Of a stretch of 34,410 nucleotides of DNA, positions 18,701 to 25,400 are shown piece by piece. The DNA is from Bacteroidota bacterium. Its GTDB lineage: Bacteria > Bacteroidota > Bacteroidia > Bacteroidales > PXBB01. How positions within the stretch are numbered: position 1 is the first letter of the stretch; each line of letters begins with the position of its first letter. A program made the position numbers and the translations under genes. The stretch spans positions 1-34,410 of the forward strand of contig JAKIYU010000001.1 of assembly GCA_022708385.1 (NCBI GenBank), written 5' to 3'. The notes below the pieces were generated by a model that made no database searches, was not told where the DNA came from, and saw only the letters and a program-made list of their open reading frames with translations.

Positions 18701-19307
18701 AAAGGTTGAAAGCCTTATTTTGTCGGAAGTCAATGTTAAAAATGCCGAATATCTTTACGACACAACGGGTTTTATAGTGAAAAAAATAAAGCCTAACTTT
18801 AAAACGCTGGGCCCGAGGTACGGCAAAATCATGAAGCAAATTGCTGCTGCTATACAATCTTTTGGAAATAATGAAATTGGGATTATAGAGAGGGAGAATA
18901 CCTACGGCTTTGTTTGTGAAAACCAACAGGTGGTACTGACACAGGAGGATGTGGTTATCTCAACTGAAGATGTACCCGGCTGGCTGGTTACAAGTATGAA
19001 TGGCCTGACGGTCGCACTTGATACTACCATTACGCCTGAACTTAAAGAAGAGGGTATTGCCCGTGAAATTATCAACAGAATTCAGAATTTGCGAAAGGAA
19101 AAAGGATTTGAGGTAACTGATAAGATTAATGTAGCGATACAACATCATGACGAAATAAATTCAGCTATTCATAATAATATTTCGTATATTTGTGCCGAAA
19201 TTCTTGCTGATGATATTCAGATAGTGGAATGTATTCAACAGGAAAGCGCTGACGAAGTGGAAGTAATTGATAATTTGACAACGAAAATAGTTATTGAACG
19301 AAAATAA
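15744..19307 (+). CDS. ileS: Isoleucine--tRNA ligase (type 2, long form)
   Basis: 1187 aa. HIGH-type motif PSANGKPGIHHV, KMSKS motif NKMSKRLGN, the CP1 editing region, and class Ia anticodon-binding helices (RKFFGTLYNTYAFFALYAN). Confidence 0.95.
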   Translation: MKRKYNEYKQLNLSLISREIRQYWESENIFEKSVEMRKGHTPYVFYEGPPSANGKPGIHHVMARAIKDIFCRYKTQKGCLVERKGGWDTHGLPVEIGVEKALGITKEDIGKKISIAEYNNACRKDVMKFKSEWDEITRMMGYWVDLENPYITFENNYIETLWYLLKKLYDKGLLYKGYTIQPYSPAAGTGLSTHELNQPGCYKMVKDTTVVAQFKVIRNERSEFLFKATDTPVYFLAWTTTPWTLPSNTGLAVGAGINYSLVRTFNPYTFKPITVVLAEDLLGTYFPEKNAGLNVEDYKDGDKNIPFKLLGSYKGKDFENIRYEQLLPYAQPEEGDPFRVVIGDFVTTEDGTGIVHIAPSFGADDFRVGRQYGLGALTMVDKQGKFTAEMGEFAHRFVKVEYDPGHNPETDNSVDVDIVIKLKKENKAFKAEKYEHSYPHCWRTDKPVLYYPLDSWFIKTTAMKDRMIELNKTINWKPESTGTGRFGNWLENLVDWNLSRSRYWGTPLPIWVDESREHIICIGSIEELKNEAYKAIERGLYGFDYLKNIISKYETVFTGEELADFGARIACITEKQDATGLKKLACKVVDFLLRDLHRPYVDDIILTASNGAPMRREPDLIDVWFDSGAMPYAQWHYPFEKKEFVDNHIAFPADFIAEGVDQTRGWFFTLHALAVMLFDSVAFKTVVSNGLVLDKEGNKMSKRLGNAVDPFLAIEKYGPDAVRWYMITNAQPWDNLKFDWTIIEKSSLDKSSENEREWLETTDENGKVWMHRSDSIIDVQRKFFGTLYNTYAFFALYANIDGFCYEEPDIPLNQRTEIDRWIISELNTLIKEVDNSYAQYEPTRAGRLIQNFVDEFLSNWYVRLCRRRFWKGEYSDDKIAAYQTLYTCLDVIARLSAPIAPFFMEKLFRDLNQVTRQHTADSVHLADFPVCNETLIDKALEERMQMAQKFSSMVLSLRKKHNIRVRQPLNKILIPVLNPVFEEQLRKVESLILSEVNVKNAEYLYDTTGFIVKKIKPNFKTLGPRYGKIMKQIAAAIQSFGNNEIGIIERENTYGFVCENQQVVLTQEDVVISTEDVPGWLVTSMNGLTVALDTTITPELKEEGIAREIINRIQNLRKEKGFEVTDKINVAIQHHDEINSAIHNNISYICAEILADDIQIVECIQQESADEVEVIDNLTTKIVIERK

Positions 19308-19319
19308 AAAATAAAGGAT

Positions 19320-19721
19320 ATGGAAGAGAGCACTAAGAAAGTTAAGACAAGGTACAGCGATGAGGATTTGCAGGAATTCAAAAAAATAATTCTTGAAAAA
19401 CTGGAAAAAGCCAGAAAGGATTTAGAATTGCTGACAGAGGCCTATACGTCAATAAATGAAAACGACACCAACGATACGGCACATAGCTTTAAGGTAATGG
19501 AAGAAGGTTCGCAGGTATTGTCCAAAGAAGAAAACAGCAGACTGGCTGCCCGTCAGATGAAGTTTATTCGCGATTTGGAGAATGCCCTTATACGCATAGA
19601 AAATAAAACATACGGTATTTGCAGGGTAACCGGAAAGCTGATTTCCAAAGAACGTTTGCGTAGTGTACCCCACGCTACACTAAGTATTGAAGCGAAGCTT
19701 AATCAGAGTTCATCTAAATAA
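19320..19721 (+). CDS. DksA/TraR family protein, cysteine-poor variant
   Basis: 133 aa, 12 nt after ileS. It has an acidic coiled-coil N-terminal part. The C-terminal YGICRVTGKLISKERLRSVPHATLSIEAK resembles the DksA/TraR finger region, but the ORF has only one Cys. Confidence 0.7.
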   Translation: MEESTKKVKTRYSDEDLQEFKKIILEKLEKARKDLELLTEAYTSINENDTNDTAHSFKVMEEGSQVLSKEENSRLAARQMKFIRDLENALIRIENKTYGICRVTGKLISKERLRSVPHATLSIEAKLNQSSSK

Positions 19722-19745
19722 TTTCACGTTTGTAATTTTTTATCA

Positions 19746-20360
19746 TTGAAGAAAGCGCTGTTAGTAGTTTTTTCAGTATTGCTTATTGACCAGACTGTTA
19801 AATTTTGGGTTAAGCTAAGTATGCAGTTGGGGGAAGAGATACCTGTGCTTGGTAAGTGGTTTTATATACATTTTACGGAGAATTATGGTATGGCTTTCGG
19901 CATGCAGTTCGGTGGTGAGTGGGGTAAAATTGTCCTGACATTGCTGAGAATACTTGCCTGTTGTGCTATAGCTTGGTTTATTTATTACCTGAGTAAAAAA
20001 AAGGCTCCCACTGGTTTTATCGTTTCTGTTTCCCTGATACTTGCAGGGGCCATGGGCAATATAATCGACAGTGTTTTTTATGGTGTTTTATTTAGCGACA
20101 GTATGTTTCAGGTTGCTTCGTTTATGCCTGCTGAGGGCGGTTATGCAACGTTCTGGCATGGCAGGGTGGTGGATATGTTTTATTTCCCAATTATAGAGGG
20201 ACATTTTCCACAATGGTTTCCGATATGGAAAGGGGAAGAGTTTTTGTTTTTCAGACCTGTATTTAATGTGGCCGATTCTTCTATAACAATAGGCGTAGCA
20301 TTAATTATTCTTTTTCAGAAAAAGTATTTAAAAAGTCTGCAAGAAATCAAAAAAGATTAA
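19746..20360 (+). CDS. lspA: Lipoprotein signal peptidase (signal peptidase II)
   Basis: 204 aa with a TTG start (no in-frame ATG before the conserved LIDQ.VK region). Motifs NYGMAFG, GAMGNIIDS, VVDMFYF and FNVADSSITIG. Conserved ileS-lspA neighbourhood. Confidence 0.9.
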   Translation: MKKALLVVFSVLLIDQTVKFWVKLSMQLGEEIPVLGKWFYIHFTENYGMAFGMQFGGEWGKIVLTLLRILACCAIAWFIYYLSKKKAPTGFIVSVSLILAGAMGNIIDSVFYGVLFSDSMFQVASFMPAEGGYATFWHGRVVDMFYFPIIEGHFPQWFPIWKGEEFLFFRPVFNVADSSITIGVALIILFQKKYLKSLQEIKKD

Positions 20361-21454
20361 TTATCAGGGGCATCTTTAATCATTTTATAATGGCATCTTA
20401 GTACATCGTGATTTTCGACGTCTCTCAGGTGAATGCCATTTCCTTTGCACCATTTAAATATGTCGCAATCGGCACATAAGCCTTCTTTAGTCCATGCCCG
20501 TTTTCGCATCTGAGAGAACCTGTTTTGCCACACATCCATGAAGTCGTCGGTGTAGATGCTGCCTTGTGTGAAATGTGCCCTGTCTATATTGGGGCAGGCA
20601 CAAATAGAACCATCGGCAAGCACAGAAGCAATGTGAATACCTGCCCTGCAGAAGAAGAAACCTTCGCGTACTTCCGATTCGTAATTACCCAGAAATCCCT
20701 CGCAGCCAAAACTTGTTTCGATAGTCTTTTCCCCCCTGCCTGATTTGATGAAATCAAGCAGTTTGCAGAACTGTTGGTTGGTAAGGCTCAGTTCGGGGTT
20801 ATCTTTAGCTCTGCCGATAGGGCAAATGCTGAACAGCCGCCATTTTTTCAGACCCAGTTCAATAAGAAACAGTTTCAGTTGCTCTAATTCGGTAAAATTG
20901 CGTTGATTGACACAGGTAGCCACATCGAAAACAATTCTGTTGCCTGCGCCAACAGCCAGCTTTATGGCTTCTGTTGCTTTGCGGAAATTATGCGGATTTC
21001 CTCTGAGCCAGTTGTGGCTTTGTTCAAAGCCATCAAGGCTTATAGTCATTGAACGCAAGCCGCTGTTTAATAGTTTTTCAAAACGTTCTTCAGTAAGTGC
21101 ATACCCATTGGTAACAAAGCCCCATGGGAAGCCCAAATTCTTCAGTGCCATACCGCAATCTTCAAGGTCTTTGCGCATCAGGGGTTCTCCGCCTGTAATG
21201 ACTATCATAACCTTATTGGGATTGTAATGTGCTTTAACTTGTTGTGCTACTTTAATAAAATCCTCGTAAGGCATATCTTTAACACGGTTGTCGTGCCGGC
21301 AGTCGCTGCCACAGTGAATGCAACTTATATTGCAACGGAGCGTACATTCCCAAAACAGATAGGAGAGTTCGTGCAGTTGTGCCTGGGCATCGGTATATTT
21401 GCTGAAAAGATTCAGTGCAATCCGTTTGCGTAAAGACGGCTTGTGGTTTTTCAC
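20357..21454 (-). CDS. Radical SAM enzyme with a C-terminal SPASM/twitch-type auxiliary Cys cluster domain
   Basis: 365 aa. CxxxCxxC in ECTLRCNISCIHCGS, a GGEP motif (VITGGEPLMR), and a Cys-rich C-terminus (FFFCRAG...SICACPN...GLCADCDIFKWCKGNG). The GTG start is forced, because the first internal Met lies after the FeS motif. Confidence 0.85.
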   Translation of the reverse strand: MKNHKPSLRKRIALNLFSKYTDAQAQLHELSYLFWECTLRCNISCIHCGSDCRHDNRVKDMPYEDFIKVAQQVKAHYNPNKVMIVITGGEPLMRKDLEDCGMALKNLGFPWGFVTNGYALTEERFEKLLNSGLRSMTISLDGFEQSHNWLRGNPHNFRKATEAIKLAVGAGNRIVFDVATCVNQRNFTELEQLKLFLIELGLKKWRLFSICPIGRAKDNPELSLTNQQFCKLLDFIKSGRGEKTIETSFGCEGFLGNYESEVREGFFFCRAGIHIASVLADGSICACPNIDRAHFTQGSIYTDDFMDVWQNRFSQMRKRAWTKEGLCADCDIFKWCKGNGIHLRDVENHDVLRCHYKMIKDAPDN

Positions 21455-21455
21455 A

Positions 21456-21611
21456 CTATCTGATTTTTTCAGAAGACCTGTAATCGGAAGGTGGACCGTA
21501 TTTGGTTTTTGGCCTGGTATGGCACGAAAACCCCAATAGCAGTAACCCCAAAAGTAATAAAATGGCGTACAGGTTTTTCAAACCGAAAAAGTTTTTTCTG
21601 TTGCCAGCCAT
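21456..21611 (-). CDS. 51-aa lipoprotein-type small protein; candidate rSAM-associated peptide (not in the ORF track)
   Basis: Hand translation of ATG 21611..21609 to TAG 21458..21456 gives MAGNRKNFFGLKNLYAILLLLGLLLLGFSCHTRPKTKYGPPSDYRSSEKIR. It has a basic n-region, a Leu-rich core and a lipobox-like LGFS|C. The stop is 1 nt before the rSAM GTG. Confidence 0.7.
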   Translation of the reverse strand: MAGNRKNFFGLKNLYAILLLLGLLLLGFSCHTRPKTKYGPPSDYRSSEKIR

Positions 21612-21622
21612 GACTGCAGTTT

Positions 21623-21970
21623 TTAGTTGTTCTTCATATTATACGGCACACCATATTTTGTAGTAGGATGGCCGGGTTTATATGGGTTAGGCTTTTTGAT
21701 TTTAGCCAGTGAATCAGCTTTGGCCACAGAATCGACTCGTTTTAGAGAGTCTTCGAAAGCGATTTTTGCTTTAGCAATAGAATCGACTTTGGCAATAGAG
21801 TCGTTTGCAGCATTAGCCCTTGCAATTGAATCATTTGTGCTGTTTTCACAATTTTGGGCTGATGGTGATGTGCATCGCGGAAACAGGAATACACACAATG
21901 CCCCGTATGTAAGAAGGAGCGTGAAAAAAATCCGCGACTTAATGTTATAATAGAATCTGCTGATTTTCAT
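21623..21970 (-). CDS. 115-aa membrane-anchored or secreted repeat protein with a C-terminal TKYGVP motif
   Basis: Hydrophobic N-terminus (IFFTLLLTYGALCVFLFPRC). Six DS(I/V/L)(A/K)(K/R) repeat units. The tail is KPNPYKPGHPTTKYGVPYNMKNN. It ends 11 nt before the sORF start and begins 24 nt after the caspase-like gene's stop. Confidence 0.6.
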   Translation of the reverse strand: MKISRFYYNIKSRIFFTLLLTYGALCVFLFPRCTSPSAQNCENSTNDSIARANAANDSIAKVDSIAKAKIAFEDSLKRVDSVAKADSLAKIKKPNPYKPGHPTTKYGVPYNMKNN

Positions 21971-21994
21971 AGAATTAAATAAAATAAGGTGGAA

Positions 21995-24316
21995 TTATTG
22001 TTTCAGTTTTTTGGTGCTCCACACGTTTTCGACTTCGGGGCTTTTGTTCACCTGTGGTGTTTGGGACTTTTTGTTAACCACGATAGATTGCTGGGAAACG
22101 TTGTTAATGATGTAAGAGCCGAGGTCTCCCAGTGTAGCGGCACCTTTTGATTCCTGAAGTTTTTTGAGGAGGAAGTAAGTGAACATACCGTGTTGTTTTT
22201 CGGTGTAAGGGAAAGCGGTTTCGTCGCCGGAAGCAGCGCTGAATACGACAATGTTACCGGAAAGGTTTTCGGTTTTGGGATTAATTTTCACACCTCTGCC
22301 CTGGGCGAGCATTTGTTCGTTAGTTTCGCGGGAAGCGCCGCTGAAGCAGGCATCGAGGAATACGGTAACGGAAGCTGTTGGGAACTCGGTAAGTTTGGCA
22401 TAGACGTCGGCAAGTTTCACGGCGGTGACGGTGTTTTGCGAGCTGCCGTCAACGGGGAGAATGAAAGCGCTTTTGGTTTGTTCGTCGGGCATACCGTGGC
22501 CGGCGTAGTAGAAGATGATGCTGGCCTGGCCTTTATAGGCTTTGGCCACATCGTTAATCCATTTGAGGGCGTCGAGAATCTGGCCGAATGTGGCGTTTTC
22601 GGCGTAGTGGATATTGTTTGCAGGTAGCCCAAGTGTTTTGGTGAGGTATTGTTTAAAGATACGGGCATCGTTGAGTGCAAATTTTACCTGAATTTCCTTG
22701 GCATACACTTCGTTGCCAATAACCACAGCAAAAGTTTTGTCGTTGGTGCCTGTAGCGGCGGGGATGTTTTGGTCCACATCCGAAACAAAGTCGGGAATGT
22801 CTTCGATAACGATTTTACCTTTAACGGGAGCGTCGTTGTTGTTAGAGGCTACAGTTCTGATAAATCCTTCTTCCTGCAGCACTTTGTTTATTTCTACGGA
22901 TTTGTCCACACTGAAACCATACTTGCCGATTCTTTCAGTAGCAGTTATATTGAATGTGAGTTGTGTGCCGGTAAATTCGCTGTTAACGAAGTACATGTAG
23001 GTAATGGTTTCGTATTTACCTGAGGGAATAGAAGTGAAAGAGGGATTTTTGCGGACGAGGTTGCCTGCATTATCTACAACACCGAGTGGCAAGACGCCAG
23101 TTTGGTTGTTGGCAATAGCTATGCTGACATTGTCGGCATTGCCTTGTCCAACATTCTGGACAGCGAATTTAACGTCAATTTGTTCGTTGATGTCAATCTG
23201 GTTGTTTGGGTTGGCCGAGAGGTTTTCGACAACGGCAAACTTGGCAATAATGAGTTCGGGTTTCTGGAATTCGCGTGTGGGGAATTTAACCTGTTTGCCC
23301 TGTATTTTGACTTTAAATTTGGGTTCAACGACTTCAATTTTAAGTACAGCCTCACCTGTAGTGAGTTCGAGGCCGCCTTTGATGTCGATATTAATGGTTT
23401 GGCTGCCGCCTCCTTTTGCAATAGTGGGGAAGTTGTTTTTTTGTTTGAAAGAGAGGCCTGCCATGTCGCTTGACAGGTTCACATAAACGCCTGAAGCATC
23501 ACCTGCGCCAATGTTTTTGAGAGTAATGGTAAGTTGAGCTGTTTCTTCGGCGTTAAGAAAGTTCTTCGACAGGGTAATTTCCTGAATGGACAGGATGGGG
23601 AGCAAGTCGCTTACAAAGCCATCGTTCTGATTGTTGTCGGGCTGCTTTTGTTGTTGTTGCTGAACAGGTTTGTCTTTCACTTCAGCCACATCCTGATTAT
23701 TACTTTGTGTATAAGAGGGTGAAGCAGAGAAATTGACGCCCAGATCCACATAGTTTTCGCCTTTAGTTTTGCAGGGTGATGAACTGCTGAGTTTGAAATT
23801 ACCTCCCGAAGCATCTATAAAACCGGGTTCTTTTTCGTAAATATTGTTTGAAAGCGTGTAGTTGCTGCTGGAAGTGGGTTTTGTTTTAACAAGTGAATAC
23901 TTAATAGTGGTATTTCCTGAACTGTTGCTATAGGTGTTCATAATGGTGTTTTTTACAACAACATCAGAAACATGATTGTATATTTCATAAGAGTAGTTGT
24001 CGTAAAAAGTACAGTTTGTTACATTGAGGGTGGCATTAGCAGGGAAAAGTGTCCAAAATTTGTTTTCGGTAAAGATGCAGTTGGTGATGTTGCAGGTGGA
24101 GTAGTGTACAGAGAGGCCGCCATAGGAAGCGAGGGAGTTAGGCACGTCGCCGTCCACGTGGTAGGCATGGCTCATTTTACAGAATTCGAGTTCGCTGGTC
24201 TGGTTGGAATTGTCAATGACGATGCTGCTCCATGTACCGTCGCTGCCATCGCGGGTAAAGAAAATGAAGTCGTTTGCCGTTCCTTTTGCAATGAGCTTTC
24301 CTTTAACTCTGAGCAT
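21995..24316 (-). CDS. Peptidase C14 (caspase-like) domain protein with beta-helix and CARDB-like domains; the largest intact piece of a disrupted gene
   Basis: 773 aa. The C-terminal caspase fold has the His/Cys dyad in the canonical context (IIFYYAGHGMPDE and VFLDACFSGAS). The middle has Ig-like repeats (ITLKNIGAGDASGVYVNLSS, VKFAVQNVGQGNADNVSIAIAN). The N-terminus is a right-handed beta-helix-like module. This ORF itself has no signal peptide. Confidence 0.8.
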   Translation of the reverse strand: MLRVKGKLIAKGTANDFIFFTRDGSDGTWSSIVIDNSNQTSELEFCKMSHAYHVDGDVPNSLASYGGLSVHYSTCNITNCIFTENKFWTLFPANATLNVTNCTFYDNYSYEIYNHVSDVVVKNTIMNTYSNSSGNTTIKYSLVKTKPTSSSNYTLSNNIYEKEPGFIDASGGNFKLSSSSPCKTKGENYVDLGVNFSASPSYTQSNNQDVAEVKDKPVQQQQQKQPDNNQNDGFVSDLLPILSIQEITLSKNFLNAEETAQLTITLKNIGAGDASGVYVNLSSDMAGLSFKQKNNFPTIAKGGGSQTINIDIKGGLELTTGEAVLKIEVVEPKFKVKIQGKQVKFPTREFQKPELIIAKFAVVENLSANPNNQIDINEQIDVKFAVQNVGQGNADNVSIAIANNQTGVLPLGVVDNAGNLVRKNPSFTSIPSGKYETITYMYFVNSEFTGTQLTFNITATERIGKYGFSVDKSVEINKVLQEEGFIRTVASNNNDAPVKGKIVIEDIPDFVSDVDQNIPAATGTNDKTFAVVIGNEVYAKEIQVKFALNDARIFKQYLTKTLGLPANNIHYAENATFGQILDALKWINDVAKAYKGQASIIFYYAGHGMPDEQTKSAFILPVDGSSQNTVTAVKLADVYAKLTEFPTASVTVFLDACFSGASRETNEQMLAQGRGVKINPKTENLSGNIVVFSAASGDETAFPYTEKQHGMFTYFLLKKLQESKGAATLGDLGSYIINNVSQQSIVVNKKSQTPQVNKSPEVENVWSTKKLKQ

Positions 24317-25112
24317 ACCTTTGTCGAAACCGCTTGTTGGTGCCTGTTTTGAATTTGACGGTTACACCGGGCTCAATGGTAAGTGTTTTACCTTCAGGTA
24401 CGATGGCTTCACCTTGTATGGTGTAAGGTGATTTTGATTTGGTCCAGGTGCCATACACTTCCTGTTTGTTGGAGATGGTCGAAGAGCCTGAATAGCTCTT
24501 GCTGTTGTTGTCACTGTAATTGCTTTTAGACGCCCCAGAAACCACGGCTCCCATATCGGTGCCATATTCGCCTTTGCCTTTGCATTGTGAGTAACTGCTT
24601 AAAGCATAATTGCCACCGTCAGCATCCTGAAAGCCCGGTCCGTCGCTGTTCTTTATGCAATTGTAATATTTTATGTTGGAGGCTCCGGCTTCATAACCAT
24701 AATTGTCCGATTCTTTTCCAAACGAAAGGTAAGAATTGTAAAAATAGGCACTGTGCTCGCTCAGGCTGTAAAAACAAAGTATTTTTCCCTTGGTGTTGTG
24801 CAGAATGGAACTTTTAACACTAAGTTCCGATTTTGTATGAAAATGAACGGGGTAAAAATAGTTATCGACATTAATCGTTACGTGATTCATATCGAGTTTT
24901 GATTTAAAAAGTGAAACGGCACCCAGTGCATAGATATAATCCCAGCTTGTAATAGCATAGGTATATTCAATAATGCAGTAGTTCAACAGGCATTTGCTAT
25001 CAGTTTCATAAAAAAATAGTACCCCCCAGGTGTCGGAGTTGCCGTAGCGGGTAAAACGTATGGGGTTATTTTCATTGCCATTGGCATTAAGGGTGCCATT
25101 AATGGTCATCAT
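24303..25112 (-). pseudogene. Beta-helix module fragment belonging to the same ancestral gene as 21995..24316, separated from it by a frameshift
   Basis: 269 aa, collinear with the first ~210 aa of the 773-aa ORF (INGTLNANGNENNPIRFTR vs VKGKLIAKGTANDFIFFTR; GPGFQDADGGNYALSSYSQCKGKG vs EPGFIDASGGNFKLSSSSPCKTKG). Its end, ...SPYTIQGEAIVPEGKTLTIEPGVTVKFKTG, continues in another frame as SGFDKGMLRVKGKL. Confidence 0.6.
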
Positions 25113-25363
25113 GCCAGGTCAAATTTGGAATTGGAATAATCGTAATTGCTGCCTGTTTTGAATTTGACCACCACACCGGGGTCTATGGTAAGCGTTTTTC
25201 CATCAGGGACTATGGCTTCACCTTCAACAATGTAGGGTGAACCCTAACGTGTCCAGTTGCCATAAACTTTTGCTTTATCAGAAATATACGTCTGAGATTT
25301 TAAACTGTATGGGAGCAGTAAAATTAATAACGTGCTGATTGTGAGTATTAAACGAGTTTTCAT
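25109..25363 (-). pseudogene. 5' fragment of the same gene: signal peptide plus the start of beta-helix module 1, interrupted by an in-frame TAG
   Basis: ATG 25363 gives MKTRLILTISTLLILLLPYSLKSQTYISDKAKVYGNWTR, then TAG (25246..25244). The same frame continues GSPYIVEGEAIVPDGKTLTIDPGVVVKFKTGSNYDYSNSKFDLA, then TGA. The next ORF starts in the overlapping GCATGATGA. Confidence 0.6.
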
Positions 25364-25392
25364 ATCTGTTTTTTAGGGAATTGTTTAAATAA

Positions 25393-25400
25393 CAAATTTA
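25393..25400 (-). promoter_or_regulatory. Candidate -7 box TAAATTTG upstream of the disrupted caspase-like gene
   Basis: Plus-strand caaattta is the reverse complement of TAAATTTG (TAnnTTTG), 30 nt upstream of ATG 25363. Confidence 0.35.

Noticed and set aside
15878-18926. Several 93-163-aa minus-strand ORFs within ileS
   Set aside because: They are antisense to an unambiguous IleRS reading frame (HIGH and KMSKS both present) and have no independent support.
19746-21611. Functional link between lspA and the neighbouring rSAM/lipoprotein locus (signal peptidase II next to its exotic substrates)
   Set aside because: The position of lspA is explained by the widely conserved ileS-lspA synteny. 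The adjacency to the rSAM operon is convergent and probably coincidental. Only the stop-codon overlap is kept, as a low-interest note.
21627-21950. 107-aa plus-strand ORF mirroring the 115-aa minus-strand ORF
   Set aside because: Both frames are open because of the periodic repeat DNA. The minus frame is co-oriented and tightly spaced with its neighbours, has an N-terminal hydrophobic anchor, and shares TKYG.P with the adjacent sORF. The plus frame has none of these.
22190-24352. Series of long (123-160 aa) plus-strand ORFs inside the caspase-like gene
   Set aside because: They overlap each other and lie antisense to a frame with clear C14 and CARDB-like motifs. Their low-complexity translations are typical shadow ORFs.
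25244-25246. The in-frame TAG could mean stop-codon reassignment (TAG read as sense, as in some Bacteroidota phages)
   Set aside because: TAG is used as a genuine terminator elsewhere in the window: the 51-aa sORF at 21456..21458 and the porin-like gene at 28621..28623. The same gene also carries two frameshifts, so pseudogenisation or sequence error is the simpler reading.
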